Assembly: GCA_965221125.1 (NCBI GenBank)
Contig: CBDCRW010000004.1
Span: forward strand, 512,001-576,000
Length of the DNA: 64,000 nt
Source of the DNA: Alphaproteobacteria bacterium
GTDB lineage: Bacteria > Pseudomonadota > Alphaproteobacteria > UBA828
Direction of reading: 5' to 3'
The notes beneath the pieces are model-generated. The model did no database searches. It was not told the origin of the DNA and saw only the letters and a program-made list of their open reading frames with translations. Within the stretch, counting starts at the first letter, position 1. Each line of letters starts with the position of its first letter. Position numbers and translations under genes: made by a program. Shown here piece after piece: positions 1 to 9,221 of this stretch.

Positions 1-321
1 GACCATCATGCCGCCGTCGCTCTGGCGCTCGTGGACGGCGAAGTAGAGCATCGGGGTGGGGCCGGTGCCGATGCGGAGAACGTCCGCGCCGGCGTCCGTC
101 AAACCCTCGACCAGGTGATCCTCCAGATCCGGCGAGCTCAGCCGGCCGTCGCGCCCGACGCAGATCAGCGGCGGTCGATCGGTGGCCTGCCGGCGGCGGG
201 CAATGGTGGCGAAGCCCCGGCCGATGGCGGCCATGTCGGCCCCGGTCAGCGTCTCGCCGACGATCCCCCGGATGTCGTAGGCACCGAGGATCGCGGGATC
301 GAGCGTGCGTGCCCCGCTCAC
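1..321 (-). CDS. Phosphomannomutase/phosphoglucomutase, 5' part (runs off window start)
   Basis: Not in the ORF track. Manual minus-strand translation from GTG at 321 (GTGA overlap with the galU stop) gives MSGARTLDPAILGAYDIRGIVGET...ICVGRDGRLSSP...IGTGPTPMLYF, containing the YDIRG, GRDGR and PTP motifs of PMM/PGM. Confidence 0.9.
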   Translation of the reverse strand, partial: MSGARTLDPAILGAYDIRGIVGETLTGADMAAIGRGFATIARRRQATDRPPLICVGRDGRLSSPDLEDHLVEGLTDAGADVLRIGTGPTPMLYFAVHERQSDGGMMV

Positions 322-1196
322 GGCGACGCCGCGATCCCGCGCAGGAAGGAGAGAAGGTCCTGCCTCAGCGCCGGCCTCTCCAGCGCGCAGGCGACCGTCG
401 CCTGAAGGTAGCCGGCCGGGCTGCCGCAATCGAAGCGCCGGCCGGCGAACCGCACGCCGTGAAACGGCGCCTCCCTTGCCATCGCGGCCATGGCATCGGT
501 CAGCTGGATCTCGCCGCCCGCGCCGGGCGGCTGCGCGGCGAGCCGCGAGAAGAGCGCCGGCTGCAGGACGTAGCGGCCGATGAGCGCGAGCCGCGACGGC
601 GCATGCGCGGACGCCGGTTTTTCCACCATGCCGGAGAGCGTGACGGTGCGCCCATCGTCGGCCGCGACCTCGGCAATGCCGTAACGGCCGGTCTCGGCCG
701 GCGGCACTTCGGTGAGTGCCACCACGCTGCCTCCGGTCCGCTCGTGGACCTCGACCAGCTCCGCCAGACACGGCGGATCGCCCAGGAGCAGCTCGTCCGC
801 AAGCAGCACCGCGAAGGGCTCGTCGCCCACCAGGGACCGAGCGCAGAGGACGGCATGGCCGAGGCCGAGCGGTTCCTCCTGACGCGCAAATGCAACGGCG
901 CCGGGCTCGAGCACGGCGCCCGCCACGCGCGCCCGGGCTGTCTCGTCATGGCGCGCCGCGAGATACGCGTCGAGCGTCTCGTCAGGGCCGAAATGATCCG
1001 CAATCGCCGCCTCACCCCGGCCCGTGACGAAGATGAACTGCTCGATCCCCGCCGCCTGCGCCTCCTCCACCGCGTATTGGATGAGCGGCTTGTCGACCAC
1101 CGGCAGCATCGCCTTGGGCACCGCCTTGCTCGCAGGCAGGAACCGCGTGGCCATGCCGGCGACCGGCAGGACGGCCTTTCTCACTGGTTGCGGCAT
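318..1196 (-). CDS. galU: UTP--glucose-1-phosphate uridylyltransferase
   Basis: RKAVLPVAGMATRFLPASKAVPK, LGLGHAV, VEKP and GEIQLTDA motifs. Confidence 0.93.
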   Translation of the reverse strand: MPQPVRKAVLPVAGMATRFLPASKAVPKAMLPVVDKPLIQYAVEEAQAAGIEQFIFVTGRGEAAIADHFGPDETLDAYLAARHDETARARVAGAVLEPGAVAFARQEEPLGLGHAVLCARSLVGDEPFAVLLADELLLGDPPCLAELVEVHERTGGSVVALTEVPPAETGRYGIAEVAADDGRTVTLSGMVEKPASAHAPSRLALIGRYVLQPALFSRLAAQPPGAGGEIQLTDAMAAMAREAPFHGVRFAGRRFDCGSPAGYLQATVACALERPALRQDLLSFLRGIAASP

Positions 1197-1236
1197 TGCA
1201 GGGGCCTCGTCACGGCGGCCGGCGGCGGCGCATGTC

Positions 1237-1983
1237 TCAGCCGCCGAGCAGCAGCTCCTTCGCCTGGTTGATCTTGGCCGCGAGGTAGTTGGAGCCGCCG
1301 TGGTCGGGGTGGAGCTTGCGCATGAGCGTGCGGTGCGCCTCCTTGATCTCCTCGGCGCCGGCGCCGGGCTGGAGGCCGAGAATCTCGTAAGCCTCCTCGC
1401 GGGTCATCGGCGTGCGGCCGGCCCCCGCTTTCTGGCGCCCCCAGCCCCGGCCCGTGCCGGCCTCCGCGCGGCGTTCGCGCTCTGCCTCTTCCTCGACGTG
1501 ATCGCGCCAGTCGGGGCCGAGGATACGGTCGAGATAGGCCTCCAGCAGCCGCCGGCCCTCCTCGTCCCGCAGGCTGCACTCGTCCCAGAGGTCCAGAAGC
1601 TCGCGCTCCGAGAGCTCGTCGAGCCGGCGCCCGGTGTGGCGCCCCTGCAGCACCGTGCCCTCCATCTCGCCGCTGTCGTGGTCGAGCGTCATGCGGAGAT
1701 ACGGGGTCTCGACGTCCGAGCGCTGGCCGGCGGTGGGATTCGGGTTCATCCGGCCTGCGGCCATGCGGCCCATGAGCCAGGGCAGCCCGGCGAGCGCGAG
1801 CGGCAGGAAAGCGAGATGCGCCTTGCCGGTGACGCCCAGGAAGATCGTGGCCGCCCCACCAGCGGCGATGACGCCCCACTTGACCCAGCGCGCGAGGCTC
1901 GACGGGTTGGCCGTGGCGAACCAGCGGCTGAGGAACACCACCAGCACCAGGAGTCCGAGCCCGAGAAGGACGTAGTGGATCAT
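1237..1983 (-). CDS. Membrane-anchored protein with C-terminal J-domain (Pam18/Tim14-like)
   Basis: Hydrophobic N-terminal segments; C-terminus [12 protein letters not shown]...[22 protein letters not shown] with the HPD motif. Confidence 0.85.
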   Translation of the reverse strand: MIHYVLLGLGLLVLVVFLSRWFATANPSSLARWVKWGVIAAGGAATIFLGVTGKAHLAFLPLALAGLPWLMGRMAAGRMNPNPTAGQRSDVETPYLRMTLDHDSGEMEGTVLQGRHTGRRLDELSERELLDLWDECSLRDEEGRRLLEAYLDRILGPDWRDHVEEEAERERRAEAGTGRGWGRQKAGAGRTPMTREEAYEILGLQPGAGAEEIKEAHRTLMRKLHPDHGGSNYLAAKINQAKELLLGG

Positions 1984-2033
1984 CGTGGGCGTAGTTTAGC
2001 GGATCGGAAGGCGGGTGCGCGTACCAGCTAAGC

Positions 2034-2744
2034 TCATTTGATCTGATGGGCGATCTGCAGCACCGCCTCGCCGCGCCGGCGGCCGTAGTCCGTGAGCGCC
2101 TTGCGCCCGCCGGCGGCATAGACCGCGACCGCGCCGAGAAGTTCCTTGAGCTGGCGCGCGCTCGACGCGTCGAAGCGCAGGTAGGCGCCGTTGCTGAGCC
2201 GCGCGATCTGGCGAAAGGCCAGTGCGGCCCCCGGATCCGGCCCCTCGTGGAACATGAAGGCGGGAACCCCGCGCAAGCCCAGCTCGCCGGCGATGGCGCA
2301 AAGCTCGTCCACGTTCTCTTCCATGGCGTCGCCGACGAAGACGAGCGCGTGGACCCGCTGCACTTGCGTCTCGTCGAGGGCGTGCTGCAGCACCCTGCGG
2401 ATCTGGGTGTGGCCGCCGAGACAGTGGACGGCGGTCATGGCCCGCACCAGGGCCCGCGAATCCCGCACCCACTTGCTCGCCCGGCACTCGCCGAAGCCGC
2501 GGTAGTAGACGAGTTGCACCGAGAGCCCGCCGAGCGAGGCCGTGGCGTCGAACATCTCCCCCTGGATCTGGCAGGCGTTGTCCCACGAGGGCTCCCTGCT
2601 CGCCGTCGCGTCCATGGCGAAGATGAGCCGCCCGGTCTCGCCCTGCCTCACCGGCGCGGGAGTCGCCGCGACCCGGCGCAGGAAGGCATCCACCTCGGCC
2701 TTCTCGGTCTGGCCCTTCGTCGGCAGCTTTCGCTCGCGGCTCAT
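2034..2744 (-). CDS. VWA domain-containing protein
   Basis: LIFAMDATAS (MIDAS-like DxTxS), GGHTQI and LVFVGDAMEE motifs. Confidence 0.8.
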   Translation of the reverse strand: MSRERKLPTKGQTEKAEVDAFLRRVAATPAPVRQGETGRLIFAMDATASREPSWDNACQIQGEMFDATASLGGLSVQLVYYRGFGECRASKWVRDSRALVRAMTAVHCLGGHTQIRRVLQHALDETQVQRVHALVFVGDAMEENVDELCAIAGELGLRGVPAFMFHEGPDPGAALAFRQIARLSNGAYLRFDASSARQLKELLGAVAVYAAGGRKALTDYGRRRGEAVLQIAHQIK

Positions 2745-2759
2745 ATGAGGCTCCCCCTT

Positions 2760-3707
2760 CTATATGGGGGCGGCCGGCAGCCGCGCCAGGCGCTCGGTCA
2801 GCATGGCGAAGAAGCCGTCGGCATCGACGCGCTCGAGCACGCGGGCGTTGGCGGCGCCGCCGGTGCGGCCGTAACGGTCACAGACAGTGCGCCCGAAGCA
2901 GTGGCCGTCGCCCAACTCGACGTCGACCCGCATGGCGCGGCCCTCGAAGAGATCCGGCGCCAGCAGATAGGCGATGACGCAGGGGTCGTGCATGGGCGCG
3001 CCGTGGTGATAGGCCTCGACGTTCTTGGCGCCGTAGAGGTCGAGCATCCCGCAGACCGCCGCCGCCGGCGGGCTGCCGAGCGCGCGGATCGCCTCCAGCC
3101 TGGGCGGCGTCGCGATCGCCTGGTGGGTCACGTCGAGCCCGATCATGGTGAGCGGTGCGCCGGCCTCGAACACCACGTGCGCGGCGTGGGGGTCGGCGTG
3201 GATGTTGAACTCGGCCGCAGGCGTGACGTTGCCGAGGCCGAGCGCGCCCCCCATGGTGACGATCTCGCGCACGTTGGCGAGGACGCCCGGGTTCTTAACG
3301 ATGGCGAGCGCGACGTTGGTGAGGGGGCCGAGCGTCGCCAGCGTGATGGGCTCCGGCGCTGTGCTCAGCGTGTCCACGAGATAGTCCACCGCATGGGCCG
3401 CCTCGGCCGGGCGGCTCGGCTCAGGCAGGTCGGCGCCGTCGATCCCCGTTTCTCCGTGGATGTACTCCGCGCTCACCGGCTCGCGCACCATGGGCCTCGG
3501 GCAGCCGGCATAGACCGGCACCTCGGGGCGGCCCGCCAGATCCCTGATCCGGCGCGCGTTGTCCTCGGTCCTGGCCAGCGGCACGTTGCCGGCGACGGCG
3601 GTGATGCCGAGCAGGTCGAATTCCTCGGCGGACGCGAAGGCGAGCAGCAGGGCGACGGCGTCGTCCTGGCCGGGGTCGCAGTCGATGATCAGCGGTCGTG
3701 CGCTCAT
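2760..3707 (-). CDS. Inosine/uridine-preferring nucleoside hydrolase
   Basis: IIDCDPGQDD, GPLTN, AEFN and HDP motifs. Confidence 0.93.
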   Translation of the reverse strand: MSARPLIIDCDPGQDDAVALLLAFASAEEFDLLGITAVAGNVPLARTEDNARRIRDLAGRPEVPVYAGCPRPMVREPVSAEYIHGETGIDGADLPEPSRPAEAAHAVDYLVDTLSTAPEPITLATLGPLTNVALAIVKNPGVLANVREIVTMGGALGLGNVTPAAEFNIHADPHAAHVVFEAGAPLTMIGLDVTHQAIATPPRLEAIRALGSPPAAAVCGMLDLYGAKNVEAYHHGAPMHDPCVIAYLLAPDLFEGRAMRVDVELGDGHCFGRTVCDRYGRTGGAANARVLERVDADGFFAMLTERLARLPAAPI

Positions 3708-3725
3708 GGCAGGCCCGAATCATAC

Positions 3726-3904
3726 CTAGAGCGTTTCCGTTGTGCACGGAAACGCTCTAGGTATTTCTCGCTCACGGCAATCGGCCGTCGCGCGATTCCG
3801 CGCGCCTGCCGGCGCGACGGCCGGCGCCTGCACGGGCGCGCCGCATACGCGGCGGGCCGCGGTCGCGGCCTGTCGCGCGTCCGTGCAAGTCGGACGCGCT
3901 CTGG
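3726..3904. repeat. Dispersed structured repeat (MITE-like), copy 1, full length
   Basis: Starts with hairpin CCTAGAGCGTTTCCGT-tgtgc-ACGGAAACGCTCTAGG and ends GCGCGTCCG-tgcaagt-CGGACGCGCTCT; core shared with copies at 8797, 18200 and 30771. Confidence 0.85.
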
Positions 3905-3946
3905 CTCCGGCCGTCGCCCGCCGATGGTGGGGGTCTGGCGGGGCCG

Positions 3947-4251
3947 TTAGCGCGGGCTTGCCATCCCTGTGCCCCGGTCGCCGGATCGAGGGCGGTCGTC
4001 CGAAGATGCCTCTTCCGGTGGATCGCCGTTGGGCCCGGCGGCAGGATCGGCGCTCTCTTCGCCATCGGCCTTGTCGTCGACTCCGTGCCGGTCGATCGAA
4101 TTGGCCGGGTGGAAGGCGATCCCGTGGCCGCCGGTGCTGCCCTCGCCGCCGTCGGCGCCCTTCCACCAGGCCTCGGCCGCCTCGCGCACCGCGTCCCAGT
4201 CCAGCTCGAAGCCCAGCCCCGGCCGGTCGAGGACCGGCAGCATGCCCCCTT
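3947..4251 (-). pseudogene. 3' fragment of IS-interrupted mandelate racemase/muconate lactonizing enzyme family gene
   Basis: LPVLDRPGLGFELDWDAV is a typical enolase-superfamily C-terminus; it joins in frame with the 6342-7378 fragment when the IS is removed. Confidence 0.88.
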
Positions 4252-6341
4252 CAGGAACATTTTTTAGTCATGGCTGAGAGGGCGGGATGACCGAGAGCGG
4301 GCAGGCTTGGGCCGATGAAGGTCCTGGCCGAGCTTGGCTGGGCGGCTGCATGGGGTCCGCGGGGGCCGGTAGGGCTCGGTTTTCGGGCTCGCCGGGCAAA
4401 GCGATCCCGCCGCGCCGTTCGACGGCGCGTCCCGTCGCGCTCTGCGACGCGGTTACGCCCGCAGGATCATGCAGCGGGCGCGATCAGGATCGCGTCGAGA
4501 GCCTCCTGGGCGCGGGCGGCATAATGCCGGTTGGCCTCGGGCAGGAAGCGGAAGCGCCCGTCGCAGCGCACGATGGCGATGGCCGCGTTGGTCAGGCAGG
4601 AGAGATTGCGCGGCAGGTGGCGCACGTACGCCCGGCAGCGGTCTTCGTCATAGGTGAAGTCGCGCACGTAGTGCAGCCGGTTCTCGATGTGCCAGTGATT
4701 GCGGACCAGAGCCAGAAGCTCCTCGGGCCCGGCGCGGTCTGCGCCGAGCGAGGTCAGGCTCCAGGTCACCTCGACGCTGCGCTCGCCGGTCTTGAGGATC
4801 TCGCGCTCGCGTTCGATGCGCATCGCCTGGCGGCGTCCGTGAAGGTTGGCGTAGCCGTCCCATTCGGCAGCGGAGAGGTCGACGACGGCGCAGCGGCGGC
4901 GCTCGATGCGGCCATGGCCCTTGTCGACGGTTTCGTGCCAGGGCGCGTCGGAGAAGTCGATCGCCTTGAGGTCTTCGAGGATGGTCTCCTGATTGTCCTT
5001 CACCGCGGTGACCACGTAGTCGGCGCGACGCCCGAGCAGGCAGCGCGCGGTCTCGTGCTGGGCGTGCATCGCATCGAGGGTGACGGTCCGGCCTGCGAGG
5101 TCGAGACTGCTGGAGAGTTCGCGCACGGCGGGGATCTCGTTGCTCTTTCTATCGACCTCGACCTGTCCCAGGACCATGCCGGTCTTGTGCACCAGCGCCG
5201 CGACCATCATGCGCCGCCCGTCTTCGGTCTGCTTCGAGGCGCCGCGCAGGTCCTTTCCGTCCATGGCGACCGGGGCGTGCGCGCCGTCGTGCTGGCCGGT
5301 CCACCGGCCGATGGCGTTGTCCAGCGTCTCCGGCGGCAGGGCGGCGAGGATGTTGTGGAAGGTGGTGATCGCGGGCGCGGTGTAGCGCTTCTTCGAAGGG
5401 CTCCAGAACGCGCCGACCGCCTCGAGCTGCTCCTGCGAGAGCAGGGCGGCGAACTGGGCGAAGGCTGTCGAGCCCCGGTAGCCGGCAAGGCGGGCGGCGA
5501 CGGCAACCGCCAGCACGGTCTTCAAGGGATAGCGCTTGCCCCGGGCATGGCGGCACTCGGGCACCTCGCCCAGGCACTCGAACAGGCTGCGCAGCCGGGG
5601 CGCCGTCATCGGCTCGCTGTGTTGCTCGGCGTTCCAGTTCGCCGGGATCTCGGCCCGGCTCAGCGCTTCGGCGGCGCCATCGCTAAGTTCGAACACGAAG
5701 ACCTCCTTGGGCTGGCCGTGGTGGCGCCAGCGCGGAGCAGCTCCGGGGTCACGGGCAAAGCCGCGCGTCATCCCCAGCGAGCGCCAGTTCGACGCGCGGT
5801 AGCAGGTGCCGGCGAAGCGCGCGGGATCGACGAAGGTCTCGGCCAGGAGCGCCGGGTATCCATGCACCGCCTGGGTGTCCGCAGACAGCCGCCGCAGGCT
5901 CAGCCCCAGAACCCGCGAGGCCAGGTTGGGAACCCGCTCAGGCGTCAGGATCACGAAGCGCGAGTTGTTCGCGATCAGATGCAGGCGCCGGAACTGCTGC
6001 TCCGCCGACCAGCCGATCCAGCGGTCGCGCGCGGCCAGCTTGAACGCGCCCGGCTGCCAGCCGATCAGGGCGAGCCAGGTCTCGCCATGCACCGCGACAT
6101 GGCGCAGCCCCTTGCCGACGACGCCGTGGAATCGCAGGTAGTGGTGCTCCTCCACCAGCCGGTCCCAGCGCCGGTGCTCCCGCGCGCCCCAGGTCGGGCG
6201 CACCGTGACCGCACGCAGATCAATGGACGAATCCAGGCCCGGCAACGTCGCCATGGCCGCTACACTGCCACAGCGAAAACGAAATGACCAGCGCCGCGAT
6301 CACCTCACGCCGCTCGCCGGGCGGACAAAAAACGAGCCCTG
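4252..6341 (-). mobile_element. ISAs1-family insertion sequence, 2,090 bp, with 10-bp target site duplication
   Basis: ATGCCCCCTT at 4242-4251 and 6342-6351 flanks the element; imperfect terminal inverted repeats CAGGAACATTTTTTAGTC and (reverse complement) CAGGGCTCGTTTTTTGTC. Confidence 0.93.
4467..6254 (-). CDS. ISAs1-family DDE transposase with N-terminal DUF4338 (DruA-like) domain
   Basis: C-terminal ISAs1 motifs AMDGKDLRG, SNEIP, TLDAMHAQ, VKDNQ, GHGRIERR, RNHWHIENRLHYVRD; N-terminal HHYL, RDRWIGW, NNSRF, NLASRVL, ETFVD, GTCYRASNW typical of DUF4338. Confidence 0.9.
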   Translation of the reverse strand: MATLPGLDSSIDLRAVTVRPTWGAREHRRWDRLVEEHHYLRFHGVVGKGLRHVAVHGETWLALIGWQPGAFKLAARDRWIGWSAEQQFRRLHLIANNSRFVILTPERVPNLASRVLGLSLRRLSADTQAVHGYPALLAETFVDPARFAGTCYRASNWRSLGMTRGFARDPGAAPRWRHHGQPKEVFVFELSDGAAEALSRAEIPANWNAEQHSEPMTAPRLRSLFECLGEVPECRHARGKRYPLKTVLAVAVAARLAGYRGSTAFAQFAALLSQEQLEAVGAFWSPSKKRYTAPAITTFHNILAALPPETLDNAIGRWTGQHDGAHAPVAMDGKDLRGASKQTEDGRRMMVAALVHKTGMVLGQVEVDRKSNEIPAVRELSSSLDLAGRTVTLDAMHAQHETARCLLGRRADYVVTAVKDNQETILEDLKAIDFSDAPWHETVDKGHGRIERRRCAVVDLSAAEWDGYANLHGRRQAMRIEREREILKTGERSVEVTWSLTSLGADRAGPEELLALVRNHWHIENRLHYVRDFTYDEDRCRAYVRHLPRNLSCLTNAAIAIVRCDGRFRFLPEANRHYAARAQEALDAILIAPAA

Positions 6342-7378
6342 ATGCCCCCTTGCAGCGAAAGGCTGGGTTGCTTGACGATGTCCCAGGCCAGGAAATTGTT
6401 CATGTACTGGTTGCCGTCGTCCAGGTTGGGCGTCACCGCCGCCACGTGGGACGCCGCCACGGTGGTGATCCCGGTTTCGTGAAGGCCATGAATGCAGACG
6501 TCGATGTTGGCCGCCTCCGCGATGTGGGCCACCTTGCAGAAGCGCAGCAGGCCTCCGGTCTCGTGCAGCCCGACGACGATCAGGTCGGCAGCGCGCAGGC
6601 GGCAGAGGTCGAAGGCCTCGCCCAGCGCAATGACGCCCTGGTCCGCCGCGATCGAGACCGGGCTCGTGGCCCGGACCCGCGCCAGCGCCTCGACGCTTTC
6701 CGCATCGATCGGCTGCTCCACGACTTCGATGTCGAAGCGGGAGAGTTTGCGCAACATGCGGGTGGCCTGGACCGGGTGCCAGCGGCCGTTGGGGTCGAGA
6801 CGCAGGCGCTTGTCGGGCCCGATGGCGGCCCGGACCCGGGACACGATCTCGGCGTCCAGATCGTCGCCACGCCCCACCTCGACATAGATCACTTCGTGCC
6901 CCGACGCCGCGAGCCGTGCGGCCTCGCTCGCGATTTCGCCGGCGCCATCCCCCTGCGGGAAGCCGAAGTAGCGCACCTCGTCGCGCACGGCGCCGCCAAG
7001 CAGGCCATGAACGGGGCAGCCCGCCGCCTTGCCCATGGCGTCCCACAGCGCCATCTCCAGCCCCGCAAGCGCCTTGCCCGCGAACGTGGACGCCCTGGAC
7101 GCTTCCTCGCGCCCGAACAGCGCATTGTAGGCGTCGCCGATAAGGCGGGCGTTCTCGAACGGGCTGCGCCCGACACAGAAGTCCGCCGCGAGCGAAAGAT
7201 GGGCGCGGACGGCGTCGGCGGACGGCGTTGCAATCGACTCCCCGTAGCCGACGACGCCTTTATCGGTGTGGACCTCGACCAGGATTACTTCGGCGCCGTG
7301 GGTGACGCCCTGAGACCAGTGAAAGGGCTGCTCGTAGGGGATCCAGAGCGGCGTCGTCAGAACCTCGCTGATCTTCAC
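6342..7378 (-). pseudogene. 5' fragment of mandelate racemase/muconate lactonizing enzyme family gene (IS-disrupted)
   Basis: GTG start at 7378 after GGAGGAAGG; motifs GYGE, EMALWD, RLDPNG, VEQP, AADQ; reading frame runs into the IS at ...SLQGG. Confidence 0.88.
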
Positions 7379-7576
7379 GTCCCTTCCTCCGGCGCACGAC
7401 ACCTTCGGGTGGTCCATTCCGAATACTAGTTATGCGGGCCGTCTAATGCCATATTCGATATGCTGAATTATCAATAATGGCAGCAATGTCGCCTCCCGAC
7501 GCGGGTACGGCCAGCCTTGGCGGCAGCGCGATCTGCCGGGCGCGGGCGCGGTATGTTCGATGTGCTATGGTGAGCC

Positions 7577-8773
7577 ATGACCCGCTCCGGCGCCCGCGAC
7601 GTGGCGCTCCTTGCCACCTGCCAGGCGCTCTTCCTCACCTCGATGTCCGCGGTGGTGGCCGCGGCCGCCCTGATCGGGCACCAGCTCGCCGATACCAAGG
7701 TGCTGGCGACGCTCCCCATCGGCATTCAGTTCGTGATGACGATGGTGGCGACGGTGCCGGCGTCGCTGCTCATGAAGCGCATCGGGCGGCGCGACGGCTT
7801 CACCGTGGGTGCCGGCATCGGGCTTGCCGGCGCGCTGCTCGGCTTCTGGGCGATCATGGAAGCGAGCTTCCCGCTCTTCTGCGTCGCGCTCGCGCTAATC
7901 GGTGCGGCCAATGGATTCGCCCAGTACTACCGCTTCGCTGCGGCGGATGCGGCGAGCGAGGCCTTCAGGAGCCGGGCGATCTCGCTGGTGCTGGCAGGCG
8001 GCGTGATCGCCTCGGTCGGTCCCCTGCTCGCCGACTGGTCCAAGGACCTCTTCGCGCCGATCGCGTTCGCAGGCGTGTTCGCTACCATGGCTGCGCTCTA
8101 CGTGGCCACGCTGGTGGTGCTGCGCTTCATCACCATCCCGCCGCCGGACGCGGAGGAGCGCAGCAACACGGGCCGGCCGCTGCTCACGATCATGCGCCAG
8201 CCGACGTTCATCATCGCCGTGCTCGGCTCCCTCGTCGGCTACGCGATGATGTCGCTGCTGATGACCGCGACGCCGCTCGCCATGATGTTCTGCGGCTTCG
8301 GCTTCTCCGATTCGGCGCAGACGATCCAGTGGCACGTGCTCGGCATGTTCGCGCCCGCCTTCGTCACCGGCCACCTGATCAAGCGCTTCGGCACGAAGAC
8401 GATCATGGCCTGCGGCGCGCTGCTGATCGGGCTCTGCGCCGCAACCAACCTGCAAGGCATCGCACTGGCCAACTTCCAGGTCGCGCTGGTTCTGCTGGGG
8501 GTCGGCTGGAACTTCCTCTTCACCGGCGGCACGACGCTGGTGACCGAGATTCACAGCCCGGCGGAGAAGGCGAAGACGCAGGCTGCGCACGACTTCACCG
8601 TGTTCACCGGCGTCGCGGCGGCGGCGCTGCTCTCCGGCGCGCTGCACGAGGCCGTGGGCTGGCAAACGATGAACTACGCCGTGCTGCCGTTCCTCGCGAT
8701 CGTGCTCGCGGGGCTCGCCTGGCTCGGGCTGACCGGCCGCCGCGCCGCCGCAACCACGACGGCGGCGGAGTGA
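7577..8773 (+). CDS. MFS transporter
   Basis: About 12 hydrophobic segments; MKRIGRRDG loop, YRFAAAD and IQWHVLGMFAP motifs. Confidence 0.88.
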   Translation: MTRSGARDVALLATCQALFLTSMSAVVAAAALIGHQLADTKVLATLPIGIQFVMTMVATVPASLLMKRIGRRDGFTVGAGIGLAGALLGFWAIMEASFPLFCVALALIGAANGFAQYYRFAAADAASEAFRSRAISLVLAGGVIASVGPLLADWSKDLFAPIAFAGVFATMAALYVATLVVLRFITIPPPDAEERSNTGRPLLTIMRQPTFIIAVLGSLVGYAMMSLLMTATPLAMMFCGFGFSDSAQTIQWHVLGMFAPAFVTGHLIKRFGTKTIMACGALLIGLCAATNLQGIALANFQVALVLLGVGWNFLFTGGTTLVTEIHSPAEKAKTQAAHDFTVFTGVAAAALLSGALHEAVGWQTMNYAVLPFLAIVLAGLAWLGLTGRRAAATTTAAE

Positions 8774-8796
8774 CGCCCGGCGGCGGACTACAGGAA

Positions 8797-8947
8797 CTCA
8801 GACCGTTTCCGCTTTACACTGAAATTCTCTGACTCTTTGTCGCTCACGGCAGCCGGTCTTCGACCGGCGCCTGCGCGGGCGCGCCGCATTCGCGGCGGGC
8901 CGCGGTCGCGGCCTGTCGCGCGTCCGTCAAAGCCGGACGCGCTCTAA
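8797..8947. repeat. Dispersed structured repeat, copy 2
   Basis: CTCAGACCGTTTCCG...TCGCTCACGGC...GGCGCCTGCGCGGGCGCGCCGCAT...GGCCTGTCGCGCGTCCG...CGGACGCGCTCTAA; its end contains the TAG stop of the MoaD-family gene. Confidence 0.85.
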
Positions 8948-9189
8948 CCACCACCGATGCGGGGCAGGAAGCAGACCTCGCTCTCTGGTGCGACCGGGGC
9001 GAACAGGTCGTCCTGGTGGATCTGGCCATCGACGGCGACGGCCATGCCCTCCTCCAGCTCGCGCCCGATCCCCGCATAGCGGGCCTCGAGCGCGCGGATC
9101 ACGCCGCGAATGTCGCTCGCCTCGACCTCAAGCTCCTTCACCCCGCCGGTGTAGCGGGCGAGGCTCGAGGGCAGGACGACCTGCACCAA
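8944..9189 (-). CDS. MoaD/ThiS family sulfur-carrier protein
   Basis: 81 aa, ubiquitin-like pattern with C-terminal GG; last gene of the molybdoenzyme operon. Confidence 0.85.
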   Translation of the reverse strand: MVQVVLPSSLARYTGGVKELEVEASDIRGVIRALEARYAGIGRELEEGMAVAVDGQIHQDDLFAPVAPESEVCFLPRIGGG

Positions 9190-9221
9190 GGCGCTCAGGC
9201 GCCCCCGCCGTCAAGCGCCGT

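Noticed and set aside
4467-6254. Druantia defence system
   Set aside because: Only a DruA-like domain fused to a transposase; no DruE helicase or other dru genes in the window
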